DNA of 64,000 bases from Vicugna vicugna (GCA_013265495.1 MU062233.1:6046953-6110952), one strand, 5' to 3'; counted from the first letter of the stretch, positions 1 to 11,949 are shown. Translations and numbers: made by a program. Notes: generated by a model from the sequence alone, not told the origin.

Positions 1-273
1 AGAATACAAACGTGGTTGCCAAGGGGGAGGAGGGTGGGAAGGGACAGATGGGATTTCAAAATTGTAGAATAGATAAACAAGATGATACTGTATAGCACAG
101 GGAAATGTACACAAGATCTTATGGTAGCTCACAGACCAAAAAATGTGACAATCGATATATATATGTTTATGTATAATTGAAAAATTGTGCTCTACACTGG
201 AATTTGACACATTGTAAAATGATTATAAATCAATAAAAAAATGTTTAGAAAAGAAAAGAAAAGAAAAGAAAAA
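1..273 (+). mobile_element. 3' end of young camelid-type L1 (runs off the left edge) with (AAAAG)n tail
   Basis: L1 3'UTR ending GTGCTCTACACTGGAATTTGACACATTGTAAAATGATTATAAATCAATAAAAAA; AATAAA at 232-237; near-identical to the copy at 48933-49113. Confidence 0.9.
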
Positions 274-433
274 GTCTAGGTTGAACCCGGTCATTTGCTG
301 TGGAGTCGGGAATTTGGACTGGAATCTGAAAACAACCACTTAGGCTTTAGTCGGCTCACCTGTGAAGGACTCACGTGAACGCCAGCCTCATGAAGTCATT
401 GTTAGGGTTGAAGGAGATGATTTGGGAAGAGGA

Positions 434-582
434 TGTAGCATGCAAGGTCCCTCAGGAGACAGAAACCCCACAGTAATATGAACAGAGAAGGTTTAATGTA
501 AAGAATCTTTGACTATCTGCAGGGGATTTGCTACTACAAGAGAACAAAAGAACACCCCAGGTGTGAATAAGAGACCCTAAAG
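434..582 (-). mobile_element. ERVL LTR33-like solo LTR, left piece
   Basis: GGTCCCTCAGGAGACAGAAACCCACAGTAATATGAACAGAGAAGG matches the reverse complement of the recalled LTR33 3' end. Confidence 0.65.
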
Positions 583-1529
583 GGCTTCTGAGACGCCACC
601 CCAATGTGGGAGAGGGGCTTCCTCCACACCAACAAGCAAGTAATTCTCAGACACCAGCTGGGTGTCCTACAATTCAACTCAATTCTGACACTACCTACCC
701 AGGTATATAATCAGGTTCCAGAGATTATGGGCTCAGTCCTACAAGACTGCCCCCCTCCCTCACCACTTCAGGCCCCAACCACGAGTCCAGGTTGTCACCT
801 GTGCTTCTGATGCTACCAGCTATAAATAATAGGTTCCCACAACCCCCTCCTTAGGTTCAATTAATTGGCTTGAGTGGCTCCTAGAACTCAGAGAAACATT
901 ATACTTACTAGATTACCAGTTTATCATAAAAGAATATAACTAAGGAACAGCCAGATAGAAGAGATACATAAAGGCAAGGTGTGGAGAAAGGCTGGGGAGT
1001 CTCTATACCTTCTCCAGGCTTGTCACTCTCCCCACATTTCCACAGGTTCACCAATCCACTCTCCAAACCCTGTCCTTTTGGAGTTTCATGGAGGCTTCAC
1101 TACACAGATGTGAGTGATTAAATCGTTGGCCACTGGCAATCAATTTAATTTCCAGTCCCTCTCCCCTACCCAGAAATCAGGTGGGACTCAAAGTTCCAAT
1201 CCTCTAGTCAATGTTGGTTCCCCTGGCAATCAGCCTCCATCCTTAGGCACTTTCCAAAAGTCATCTCATTAACATAAACCCAGTTGTCCAAAGGGGCTTG
1301 TCATGAATAACAAGACAGCCATTTCACCTTTATGGCTCTGAAGCAATTTCAAGAATTAAGGACAAGAAGCCAAGTGTTATGACAAAAGATGTTCCCAATG
1401 CTCTCATTACTTAGGAAATTCCAAGGATTTGGGGAGCTGTGAACCAGGTACTGTGGGCAAAGACAAAATATATATGAAAAATGCAAATGATCACTTGAAT
1501 GGCCAAATATATATTTCTTATAAATCACA
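583..1529 (-). mobile_element. MER21C-like LTR nested inside LTR33
   Basis: Reverse complement starts TGTGATTTATAAGAAATATATATTTGG; contains GACACCAGCTGGGTGTCCTACAATTCAACTCAATTCTGAC, typical of MER21. Confidence 0.8.
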
Positions 1530-1898
1530 ATATTGCAGAACCCAAGGAAGGAACAATGTTGGAGGAGAAGACCCTTCCCCAAGGCTGGAGTTCAGACCTC
1601 ATTGGAAAGGTTGTGACTGCATTCCATGGATGGAGGAGAAGCTGTTGATCAGAACTGGTTAACAGACAGCAGGTCAGCAAACCACAAGAAGAAAGCACCT
1701 GGAGACCCTCCTGCTGAGAGGCTGAGCACCAGTGGGTGTCCAGGTGCTAACTTAGGAGCAAGCCAAAAACAGCACACCAGAACCAGAGAAGAAAGCTAAC
1801 GCTCTCTAGCAGCTGAAAATGAAGAAAGGTTCCAATATTACAAGCAGGACTATGGAGAATGGACTTGGAACTGAGTGCTAATATATTGATAACTGGCC
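1530..1898 (-). mobile_element. ERVL LTR33-like solo LTR, right piece
   Basis: Reverse complement begins GGCCAGTTATCAATATATTAGCACTCAGTTCCAAGTCC, like the LTR33 5' start. Confidence 0.65.
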
Positions 1899-3524
1899 CT
1901 ATTATCATTACCACCATCACCATCATCACATCACTCTTCCATGGAGTCATTTGCCCTAGGAAGTGGAAGTGGAGATGCAGTGACATAGGCAATGCTGGGG
2001 GTCCCACCCCAACTCTCTGTGTAGGTCGGGCTCACCGGCTAAGCTTGGAGACAGGTGCAGATGGTTTGGAAGACGGTACTAAGCGCTACTGGAAGGCTGA
2101 ACCTTTCTGCTCTATACACCAGGAGCTGTGAGGTTCTCTCCCTGTTAAGCTCACCCACACTCAGGAAAGGCTTCCCTAACAATGAGAGTCACCAACTGTC
2201 CTTCCACGGACAGACCCAGAGCTGTGTAAGCAACACAAAGACCCAGAAAGCGCTGGCAGAAAAAGAAATCTACTTTCTGATGCCCACCTTCCCACCAGAG
2301 GGCCCCTTGTGGCCTTTGTAGGTAGCACAAGACGACCAGCCAACGCAGCCCTACACCATCAGTCCTGAACACGAATAGGACACTCACCCACCTCGAACCT
2401 TTGGAGGTCTGAATGGCTCATAAAGGAAAATGTTTACAGCGTGTAAGATCGGCTGAGGGTTGAGAACACCTGGGAACTGCTGCACAGACTCTTTTGGAAA
2501 ATAAGACGCATCCTGAACGGCTTCAGCATCATTCAGCTTGTAACCCCTCGAGGTATTTTCTGCTCCCAGCTTCTCCAGGGAGGTGATGGCTGGGATAAAA
2601 CTGCAAGAGATTGTGGAGGGAAGGCCCTGACGGCCTCTCTCATATTTCCATTCCAAGCATGTGCCAAGGACAGGCCTGGGAGGAGCAGCTCGGGGACCGT
2701 GAGTGGGAAGCCATTTTAGGCCACACGGGAGTCAGTAAGAAGCCACTAGCATTGAATAAACAGTCCCAGGACCAAAATAACTGGGAAATAATGACATTCT
2801 GGTTTTTTGGGGGGTGGGTGGGTGTTAGTATGCATAAGTATACTAAGTTTATTTGGTTTTTGTTTTGTTTTGATGACATTCTGAAGTAAAGCGGCTTTGG
2901 GTCCAGGAATTTCCCTTTGAGGAAGAAAACGAGGGGCCTCCAACTTGGCCGTGAGATTGGCAAGGAAGAAAGAGCATATTTCCGTGCAGTATGTATAGTT
3001 GTGCTCCAGGCTGGGCTGGGCTGAAGCAGTTTTCCATTCTACATTTTTGAGGTGCTTCCAATTTCTTCCAAAAGGACATTTCTCAAATATCCTGCCTGCA
3101 AACCCCCCACCACTCAGGACACGCTCTCCTTCCTCAAGGCGCTGCTACCAGCCAGCTGCCAAGGCCCATGGTACCCAGCCAACCTGGGAGAGCCTGTCTT
3201 AAAGCTTCGTCGGAGCTTTTCAGAATCACAAGGCTTTAGAGCCGGCAGGGCTGGGTTCATGTCACAAATGAACATATCTAATCCAGGCAGTTTATCTTCT
3301 GAAGGAAGCATCTAGGACTCATCTGAGAACATACAGTGAGTTAATGGTGAGAGGTCGACCTGGCATGCCCCTCCCCTCACCTCGGGCCCACCTTCTCCCC
3401 ACCCCACACGACAGGTACCTGACTAAGAGTTCCAAGATTAGTGCCTGTTTTTTTTCATATCTGCTCTGAGTTCAACCAGTCATGAAAAATTACTTCAGTT
3501 GGATAGGCCATGGGAGGGGTAGTG

Positions 3525-3584
3525 TCAGGGTTATGGCCAGGGTTAGGGCAAGGGCTAGGATTTGGATTAGGATGACGGTTAGGA
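3525..3584 (+). repeat. Degenerate TTAGGG-like hexamer array (10 units)
   Basis: tcaggg ttatgg ccaggg ttaggg caaggg ctagga tttgga ttagga tgacgg ttagga, period 6. Confidence 0.7.
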
Positions 3585-3706
3585 GAGAAGTCCAAGAAAA
3601 CAGAGTCACATCTTTCCCTGATTATGTCTCCATGGCCATTTTCACCAGGCCCATCCTTGGACTATATTCTATGTATATTAATAATATTAATGAAATTAGC
3701 AGATTG

Positions 3707-3903
3707 ACTATATATAAAATAGATAAACAACAAGGTCCTACTGTCTAGCACAGGGAACTATATTCAATGTCTTGTAATAACCTATAATGAAACAGAATAT
3801 GAAAAGGGATATATACACATATGTATAACTGAGTCATTATGCTGTACACCTGAAACTAACCCAACACTGTAAAATGACTATACTTCAATTAAAAATTAAA
3901 AAT
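3707..3903 (+). mobile_element. 5'-truncated cetartiodactyl L1 3' end with 14-bp TSD
   Basis: L1 3'UTR (GCTGTACACCTGAAACTAAC type); TSD AAATTAGCAGATTG at 3693-3706 and 3904-3917. Confidence 0.9.
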
Positions 3904-3996
3904 AAATTAGCAGATTGGAACATAAGTTAAGCTCTAAAGGAAGAGCTTGTATCTTAGTCACTCTGCAGTCCCATGGTACCAAAGCCAGCGTGCATC

Positions 3997-4500
3997 TGTT
4001 ATCTAGTGCTGTGTCAAAAACTACCCCAAAATGCTGAAAATAACCACCATCTGATGGCAGGTGCTTGCACATGGGTAGACATTTGGGCAAAACTCAGCAG
4101 GGTTCTTCTCAACTGGACCCCCAGTGGTGTGGTCTGAGGCAGCTCAGCTGGAGCTGGAGGATCCAACACGGTCTCTCTCAGTGGTCTGGGGCCTTGGTGC
4201 TGGCTCTTAGGCTGGCTCTTAGCTGGGGCACCTGTTTCTCTTTCATGTGGCCTCTCTCTCCAGCTGGGTGGCCGGGATTTCTTCACATGATGTCTGGATT
4301 CTGAGAGGAAAAGTGGAAGCTGTAAGGCCTCTTTAAAGTCTGGGCTTGGAACCCCCAGAACGTCACTTCCTTCACATGCTATTGGTCAAAGCAAATCCCA
4401 TGGCCAGCTGGATTTGATGGTGGGTGAGGTGAAGGGTAGTGGGGAGAGAGGCCCCACCTCTTCGTGGAAGAGCTGTGAAGTTGTGTTGAAAAGAGTCTGG
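3997..4500 (-). mobile_element. MaLR MLT1 (F/G/H-like) solo LTR
   Basis: Starts TGTTATCTAGTGCTGTGTCAAAAACTACCCCAAAA; contains CACATGCTATTGGTCAAAGCAAATC, typical of MLT1. Confidence 0.7.
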
Positions 4501-4569
4501 ACCTAGGGAGGTGGGGTCCCTTGGGGGCCAGTTTTTACAGGTTGCTCCATAGTGCTTATCACAAGGAAG

Positions 4570-4720
4570 GGCAGTCTGATGTAACGGAGATGGAAGTGGA
4601 CCTGAGAGCTGAGGGTGAGATCTGAGTCTACTCTTTGCCTCATGCCATTAGTGTGGACTTCAGGCAAGTCACCTCCTGAGTTTCCTATAATAAGGAACTT
4701 TCCTATAATATAGGGATACA
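4570..4720 (+). mobile_element. MIR SINE fragment
   Basis: GGACTTCAGGCAAGTCACCTCCTGAGTTTCC resembles the MIR core. Confidence 0.55.
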
Positions 4721-4919
4721 GTGACTTAGTTGGAAAGAACAAATTTGATAAACAAAAGCACCCCGGAGGCTGTGGGGGATGATGCCATTCTAACCATTGT
4801 GAATCCAAATATCAATGCTGTAGTATTTATGCCCTTTCTCCTTCTAAACAGCATTCAAGACAAACTGGGTGGCTGGCAGAGGGGCATTTTAAGAGTCCTG
4901 AAAAGAGCTGTCTTATCTA

Positions 4920-5090
4920 ATGGGCTGACATTTCAAGCCCAGCTCTGCCACTTTCTAACAGGGACTCATTTGCTTTCTCCAACTTGTAGTGACTTCATCA
5001 GTAAAATTGCATTTTTGTGAGAGAATGGGCTTTTTATCTTGCTTTTGGGAAGGATTCTCACAAAATACCTAGCACAGTCAGCACTACAAT
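4920..5090 (+). mobile_element. MIR SINE fragment
   Basis: TTCAAGCCCAGCTCTGCCACTTTCT ... CATCAGTAAAAT ... CCTAGCACAGT. Confidence 0.55.
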
Positions 5091-6149
5091 TCTCTTCCTC
5101 ACCATTATTATTCAAACATTTAGAATGTGACCGAAAAAAAAGAAAAAAATCTGAAACTCATAATAAGCAGTCAAAATTTCTAGAAAAATAGCCGTTTAGT
5201 CTGTGCCTGAGCAGCTTTTAAACTTGGGTTTATTTTTGAAACAAAACCAAAACTGAAACTTTTTTTTTTTAAGTTTGTCTTCTTTAAAAGACGAATGCCC
5301 TATATTCTAAGTCATCTTCTGGGCCTGGAAACCCTGGCTGGGCTGGGGGAGAAATCCCATCCCAAGCATGAGAACAGTGGGGTCTTCCCTCCTCAGACTG
5401 CAGGGTGGCTTTGCCGTGGCCTGAGACTGTCCCTCCTGGGCCTGTGGGCTGGGCAGGGACCCAGATCCCATAATTGGCATTACTTATTCTATCCCAAGAA
5501 CGGGTCTTTCTGGCTTCCATCCTCCAGCCAGTGCCCAACACCACTCATAGGTGCCAGTGCATCACAGATAGGTACTTAAGCACAGATCTCTGGTGATGTC
5601 ATCTGACAACTCATCCGGGAAGATGCAGGGGGGTGGAGTAGGTTCTGCCACTCCCATCACTTGACCTGGGTGTAGCTGCTCTGCTGTGCTTTGGTGCAAT
5701 CTTCTGGAGCTTGGATGGGCGGAAGCACTCTTCCCAGTTCACACAGTATTCAAATCCCCACTCCTCCTCCAGCCAAGTTCTTTTTTGCCTCTGCGTGGCC
5801 CCGGGCTCTCGACCAGCACTGAAGTCAGCTGGACTCGTCTGCTCACACAAATCAGTGCGGATGGCCCTGTGGACCAGAGTCCTGGGAAAAGGAGAGAGGT
5901 CAAGGGGAAATGAAAATGACAAATGAAAAAGTGGAGATCTTGACAGGCTTGGCTTCCTCCAGCCAAGAAGAACCTAATCCTAAATGGAACTGAGGGGATG
6001 GGCTCCGGAATAAAAAGCACCAGATGTAGGTAGTTTCCATCTGATCTCTACGTCCCGGGGTGCTTTAGAGTGGTTAGTGGTAACAGGGCCACATGGGGGT
6101 GGAGGGAGTGCTCCAGGGCAGGGGTTGGTAGAAAGGATCAAGGAGCTGT

Positions 6150-6235
6150 AAGAACTGGATTCTAACTCTGGCTCTGACACTTACTGACCATGTGAATTTA
6201 AACAAGCTTCTTCATCTGTAAAACAAGCATCTGAC
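6150..6235 (+). mobile_element. MIR SINE fragment
   Basis: CTGGATTCTAACTCTGGCTCTGACACTTACTGACCATGTGAA ... TTCATCTGTAAAA. Confidence 0.65.
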
Positions 6236-7002
6236 AGATCATGTTTTTAATCTAGTGCACGCAGACTAACAATGTGGGTCTATGAGCCCCCCGAAAGGGG
6301 GTTCCAAACTCCTACTGATTAGCATTCTCAATGCAAATAAATGCAGTCCAAATGGTCTAAGTGAACTTGATTTATAATAATTTGGGACCTTTCACCATCT
6401 CATTCCAAAACACATCTGGGTGTTGCCTAAACTGGGTGAGTTACAAACTTTCATCCTATATTGTTCAGCCAGCTTGAGCTTCTCTTGCCAGCATCCAAGC
6501 TCCAAGAGGAGGCTGTGGGGTATCATCATGGAAAGAAACATAAGGTCAGTATTAAGTTGCTGCAGGAATGGTGGAGAAGTCCAACACGATTACACAGTGC
6601 AAGAAGAATCTGCTTTGTGTCGTCACAAATATATGGTTCCTGCTGAGATAAGCTGGGGCCGAGGAATTCCTATTTGGGGAACAAAATGTTCCTTTCAGGC
6701 TATTGAGCCATTCTTTCCTCAGAGACAAGCTAAGCTAACCACCCACCCACAAGAAGGTAACATAAATAAGTTAGTAACATCACTAGCTTCATCCAGCACA
6801 GGACCCTTCTAAACCCAAGCCAGTTAGCCCTTGCTTAAGGCAAGCAACATTTTTCAAGAAAAAGTGAGTCATGCTGATGTAACAGGATCGAATTTAGGCA
6901 GTCAGCCATTTGGGTCATGTGGTGACATCAGTGGGGTGCGTGGAGATGGGTGGGAAGGTGAACCTCAGAGGCTGCCCAGCAAAAAATCCACACTGGGGTC
7001 TA

Positions 7003-7127
7003 TTTTATTTATTTTTAGGGGGAGGTAATTAGGTTTATTTCTTTTCAGAAGAAGGACTGGGGATTGAACCCAGGACTTTGTGCATGCTAAGCATGCACTC
7101 TACCACTTGAGCTACACCCTCCCCCCG
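7003..7127 (-). mobile_element. Camelid tRNA-derived SINE (vic-1/ALPINE-like) with 12-bp TSD
   Basis: Reverse complement GGGAGGGTGTAGCTCAAGTGGTAGAGTGCATGCTTAGCATGCACAAAGTCCTGGGTTCAATCCCCAG (A and B boxes); TSD CACTGGGGTCTA at 6991-7002 and 7128-7139. Confidence 0.9.
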
Positions 7128-7984
7128 CACTGGGGTCTAGAGGTAAACAGGGCGTGTTCCCCAGACTAACCCACTAGGCTTCTCTCAAAAATTACTGGCA
7201 ATGAGCTAAAGGAGCTGTGAAATGGGGAGATACTGATTTTTCTCTCATTGTCAAAATTCTTGCTTTTGGTGAGGAAACCACATGCCAAGCAAGTATAGAA
7301 CCTGTTCCTGCTGTGGACCAGAGCAGCTCATACCGACTCAGGAGAAACAGGGTTGGGATGCCCTGAATGTGGGTTCGCTCATTCATCCCACAAACATTCC
7401 CAGACTGCCCGCTGCCTACCAGGACAGTCCAGGCAGCGGGGGTTCCAGAGACAGGGAACTCAGAGTTCAGAGACCCAAAGAGGGGACTGACCCCTTGGTC
7501 GGCCTGGAATAAATGTAGATCATCCGAAAAGTAGATGAAGAACCTGGAAAGTAGCCCTTGGTTTTTGTGAACTGGAGGTTTAAAAAATAAATAAATAAAT
7601 AAAAAGATAGGCCCTCGCTCTGCCTTGCCATCACCAACCCCCATCGTTATCTGGCAAGACTGAAGAAAAAAGCAAGCTAATTTTGCTTTTTTGTTAATTG
7701 AAACACAAAATGCAACACAAGTGGGAAAGAAAATTTACACACCAGCTCTCAAAAATCCTGCATTCAAAAAGCAAAAAGCCTGTGATTAACTAGGCCACAG
7801 CTCCCTTGAAAGTTGATTTTTAAAAAAATTTAAAAAGGAAAAGAAAGTTGATTGTACCGAAGAGCAAAATATTGCTCTGTGTTCTCACCTTAGAGAAGCG
7901 GGCCTGGTGCAGCAGGAGAGGGAGGGCTCAGAGGAAGTGGGCGGAGAACTTCAGGTAGCAAATAGCTAACGTGGACGAGGGGCT

Positions 7985-8410
7985 GCTTAGGTGCCCGGTA
8001 CTCTTCTAAGTAGTTTATACACATTAAGTCATTTAATCCTCACAACCACCTTACAAAATGTGTTCTGACTGCAAATATTAACTACCGTATATAAAACAGA
8101 CAAAAATGTTTCTTCTGTATAGTACAGGGAACTATATTTAACACCTTGTAGTAACCTATAGTGAAAAATATGAAAAGAAATCTATATATGCATATGGATG
8201 ACTGAAAACATTATGCTGTACACCAGAAATTGACACAACATTGCAACCTGACTATACTTCAATTGAAAAAAAAGGTTGTTAATAGCCTCATTTTGCAATA
8301 TAGGAAACAGGCACAGAAAGGTTAAGTAATATGCCCAAGGTCACACAGTTAACCGAAGGCCGAGCCTTGAATCGAACTGAGCCAGTGGACCCTGGGAACC
8401 TAGCTTTCCC
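7985..8410 (-). mobile_element. MIR split by an L1 insertion
   Basis: TCATTTAATCCTCACAACCACC on the left; GGTTAAGTAATATGCCCAAGGTCACACAG on the right. Confidence 0.75.
8069..8273 (+). mobile_element. Camelid L1 3' end fragment inside MIR
   Basis: GCTGTACACCAGAAATTGACACAACATTGCAACCTGACTATACTTCAATT followed by an A-run. Confidence 0.85.
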
Positions 8411-8474
8411 CAAAGCTCTGGGAGTTGGGGGCAGGATTGGGGGAGGGTGTCAGCTCTTCCTGGCAGCATAACCT

Positions 8475-8645
8475 AGGATAAAGCAGGAGCTTTGAGCCAG
8501 AAACCCCGAGCTTGAATCCTGATTCTGCCATTCAGTGGTGTGTGATTTTGGGTAAGTTCTTTAATTTCTCAAGTTCCAGGGCCCTCATTTGTCACAAAGT
8601 GCTAACAATCTCTTTTAAGATTGTTGGGAGGATGTGAGGACTAGG
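8475..8645 (+). mobile_element. MIR SINE
   Basis: CTTGAATCCTGATTCTGCCATT ... GTGTGATTTTGGGTAAGTTCTTTAATTTCTC. Confidence 0.7.
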
Positions 8646-9861
8646 TGAGAGAAAAATAAAACCCATAGAGAATTCCATGCATAAGGGAGAGCAGTTTACT
8701 ATGGTATACGTTCCTTACCCCTGAGTGTTGATAAAGTTCATCTGAGAAGTTGCGTGATGTCAAGGGATGCGTCAGAGCAGTGAAGTTTCACACCTTAGCA
8801 GGTCCAATCCAACCACACTAAAAGCAACATAGTTTTTTCATTTTCCAGAGTGCCTTCTAAATTTGTAACGATTTATTTTGAAATGCTAGAAAGTGCAGTT
8901 ATTAGTTTTAACTGAGGAAACTAGCAACCTGTGTCCCTACAACTGTAGAGCAATTTGAGGATCTGCTGATTGAGTCAGATGGCTGAGAGCTCTTATTAGG
9001 AACACAGGTCTCATCCAAATCCAGACAATGGCTAAACCCCACAGACAGGAGTAAGGGTTCACGCTGGGCTGACAGCGTATGCATACGTGCACACAGCAGA
9101 AAAAGTTATTACTTAGCATTTTCACAAAACTCTAGAACAACTGTGTAGAACTATACAGAAGTCCTAAACATCACGTAATCCAACTACCCACCTAATGCTT
9201 GAAACAGTTAAATGAAACGAGAGCTGAAGATCCTTTCCCTTTAATATTCTGATGCGTTAAAAAGCATATTCTTTTCTTACAGACATTCTCAGCGCTCAGT
9301 CACCCACCCAGCTATATATGCTTGATAGTCAATCAATATCAAGCCAATGAATTCTGAGACTTTCCAAGCAAACTAAGGTACTTCACTTGGGTCCTACACA
9401 ACTCAGAGTACTAAGATTCTAAGATAAAATGCAAAATTGGTGTGTACCTCTCACTGGAGAGCAGGCACACAATTTCCATTAGCTCCTCAAGGGGTCTGTA
9501 TAGAGACCAGAAAATACATATTGTAAGAACCATTCTATAGGTACAATAGCCAGAATATACTGGTATAGGTCCCCTTTTTGGAATCAGCATGCAATGCCTA
9601 TGTGGAAAATAAAATAAGCTCTGAGAGACTGACAAATAATTAACTTCACTAATCTGGTGCAGAAAAACCTGGAGTCCACAGCTGAGTCGGTGGCTTGAAG
9701 ACTGAAATGCAGCACACCTGTACCAACATGAACAAGCATTGTTCTCCTGGACATCCTGGGTTTTGTGTTTCTAACGTATGAGTAGCTCATGCTTCATGAT
9801 TGCTCTTCCCTCCATTCAGAGTAGGTTATTTCATGCCTAACTACAGAGATAGGAAATACCA

Positions 9862-10100
9862 GAAGTACAGTAATCAAAAGTACAGCAAATCTGGGGTCAG
9901 ACAGACCTGGGATCAAATTCAAATTCATAATTTATTACCTGGATGCCTTGGACAAGTCATTAAAGCTCTCTGAGTTTCAGTTTCCTCACCTGGAAGGTGC
10001 AGGTATAATGCCAACTACATAGGGTCACTCTGAGGACCAATTAAATAAGGCACAGACATACCTAAGACATCACCAAGGATGCAGTAGACACTCAATAAAT
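9862..10100 (+). mobile_element. Near full-length MIR
   Basis: GGGGTCAGACAGACCTGGG ... CTTGGACAAGTCATTAAAGCTCTCTGAGTTTCAGTTTCCTCACCTG ... CACTCAATAAA. Confidence 0.8.
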
Positions 10101-11119
10101 TCTGAAATGAAGCTGGAAAAGGACTGTTCTTATGTGATGGAAAAGCACTGAGAACAGGTTAAGACTGACAAAGGTTATTCAGCAGCAGCTACAAGGGTCT
10201 CTGAAGTCTAGAGGGAAGGGTTCCAACCAATATCACCATCTGGTGGGTGATACAGACATCCATCCATTCAAGTTAAATGCCACCTATGTCCCTGGGAAAG
10301 GTGTCTGCATCTCAAGAAGAGCTAATACAAATCGCTTTAAAATTATTTTGATAACATAATATTAATTTAGCATTTACCATGTGCCAAGCATTGTTAAGCT
10401 TTGGTGTGTGGTTCCTTAAAGATTGCTTTTGTTAAGGAAAGATGGATGACCCTTCTGTCTCCTGCTTTTTTACCCAGCAGTATTTTTGTTTGATGTCACA
10501 CTTGTAACATTTTGGTGCTCTCAGGAGTCCTGCCCTGAAAGACAAACTTTCATGGCCCCTCTACAGAGCTGACCGTTCTCCCATAGAGCTCACCCCTGAA
10601 GCTGTAGGACCAAGGGCTCCCCACACCCACAGATGCCCAGATCTGCCTTTGCAACCACTCTGGTCAGGGTGGTCAGTTAGCCACTGCACTGTGTTCTGGA
10701 GCAGAGGTTAATACATTTGCTTACAATTTCTGAGCAAAAATTTCCTCCAAACTACCCCTCATTAACCACCCCCTACACACACACACAGATACACAACTAC
10801 ACACCACCCAGCCTCCTCTTTCTTCTCTCTGCCCAGGGAAGTAATCCAATGCCCCATTGCATTGCTCAGAGCCCAGACTTGCTCTAAGAGTGAGGAAGCC
10901 GACTTCAGATCTCTGACTGTTTCCTGTTTCATAGATTCTTCTCCCTCTATCCAGTCCTTAAGTGTGTTTGGTTCCTGGAATTCCATCTTTGGCCCAATCT
11001 TCTTCCCACCTACATGTTTTCCTCCTTTTCCATGGCTTTGCTTACATCTCCCAGATCTATGGCTCCAGGCCAGATGGCTCTCCTGAGTGTCAGGGTTCAC
11101 ATTATCAGCTGCTTCATCT

Positions 11120-11310
11120 CCAGTGGATGTCTTGGTTTCACTGGATGGTGAGGTCCTCAGAGACGAGAACTGTGCCTCATTCACCAGCATGTATCTCTCG
11201 AGGCTTGCCCTACAGGAAGCATTTCGTATATCTTTTAATATCATGTATGAATAAGTGAGTGAATGAATAAATTGATTAAATTAAATGTCTGTTTAATGAA
11301 TGACAAATTA
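11120..11310 (+). mobile_element. L2 3' end
   Basis: CTGTGCCTCATTCACC ... ending in GAATAAGTGAGTGAATGAATAAAT, the L2 (TGAA)n tail. Confidence 0.6.
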
Positions 11311-11949
11311 AGGTAAGAAGAGAAAAAACCTTCCAAAGGAGTAGCCATATGTGGCTTTGTCTTCTCCCCTAGAACAGAACATGCCAGGAATAGATCAGGG
11401 AGGGCTGTATTTTGTAAACTGAAACAGATGTGCTAGAAAGTGGCACAGTCATGTACGCGGGACCAACACTAGACCTGAAAAACTTAAGCAGGACTCTTTG
11501 ATCCTCTAATAAGCGAATGCACAGTTCAAAGGTCCAAAAGAATATACTTTTCAGCCTTTAGTAAATGTATTTGAGTATGTTTCTGTTCTGGTTTGTGTAT
11601 TTAATGCAAACCAGTTGTTCTGCAGACTGAGATACTGTGGACAATCAACTGGGGGGAAATGATGCTCTAGGACATCAGATCTTTGACCAGTGACTACTTA
11701 CAAGAAAATCATTTTTAAAACAACTTCAAACCAGTGGTAGTATTCAGGAATGTTTGACCTTTTCTAAAAACAGCTCAGCAGATCCTGTAGACCACTTTGA
11801 CCCAGAAGAGACTCTGGGCTTGGCCTCGTGTGGACCACACCCTAGAGGGTTAGGGAGGAGACGTGGATATGCTTTGGGGTCACATGGGTTCTCCATCAAT
11901 CAGGCCACCCCAGTTAAACCACTAGCTATGTTGAACACCGCTTTTTCCT

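Noticed and set aside
4683-4714. CArG-like CCTATAATAAGG and CCTATAATATAGG
   Set aside because: A/T cores are 8 and 9 nt rather than 6; this is a small duplication within a MIR
7040-7127. tRNA gene (also at 45292-45365)
   Set aside because: tRNA-like head is joined to a SINE body, A-tail and TSD; there is no complete cloverleaf
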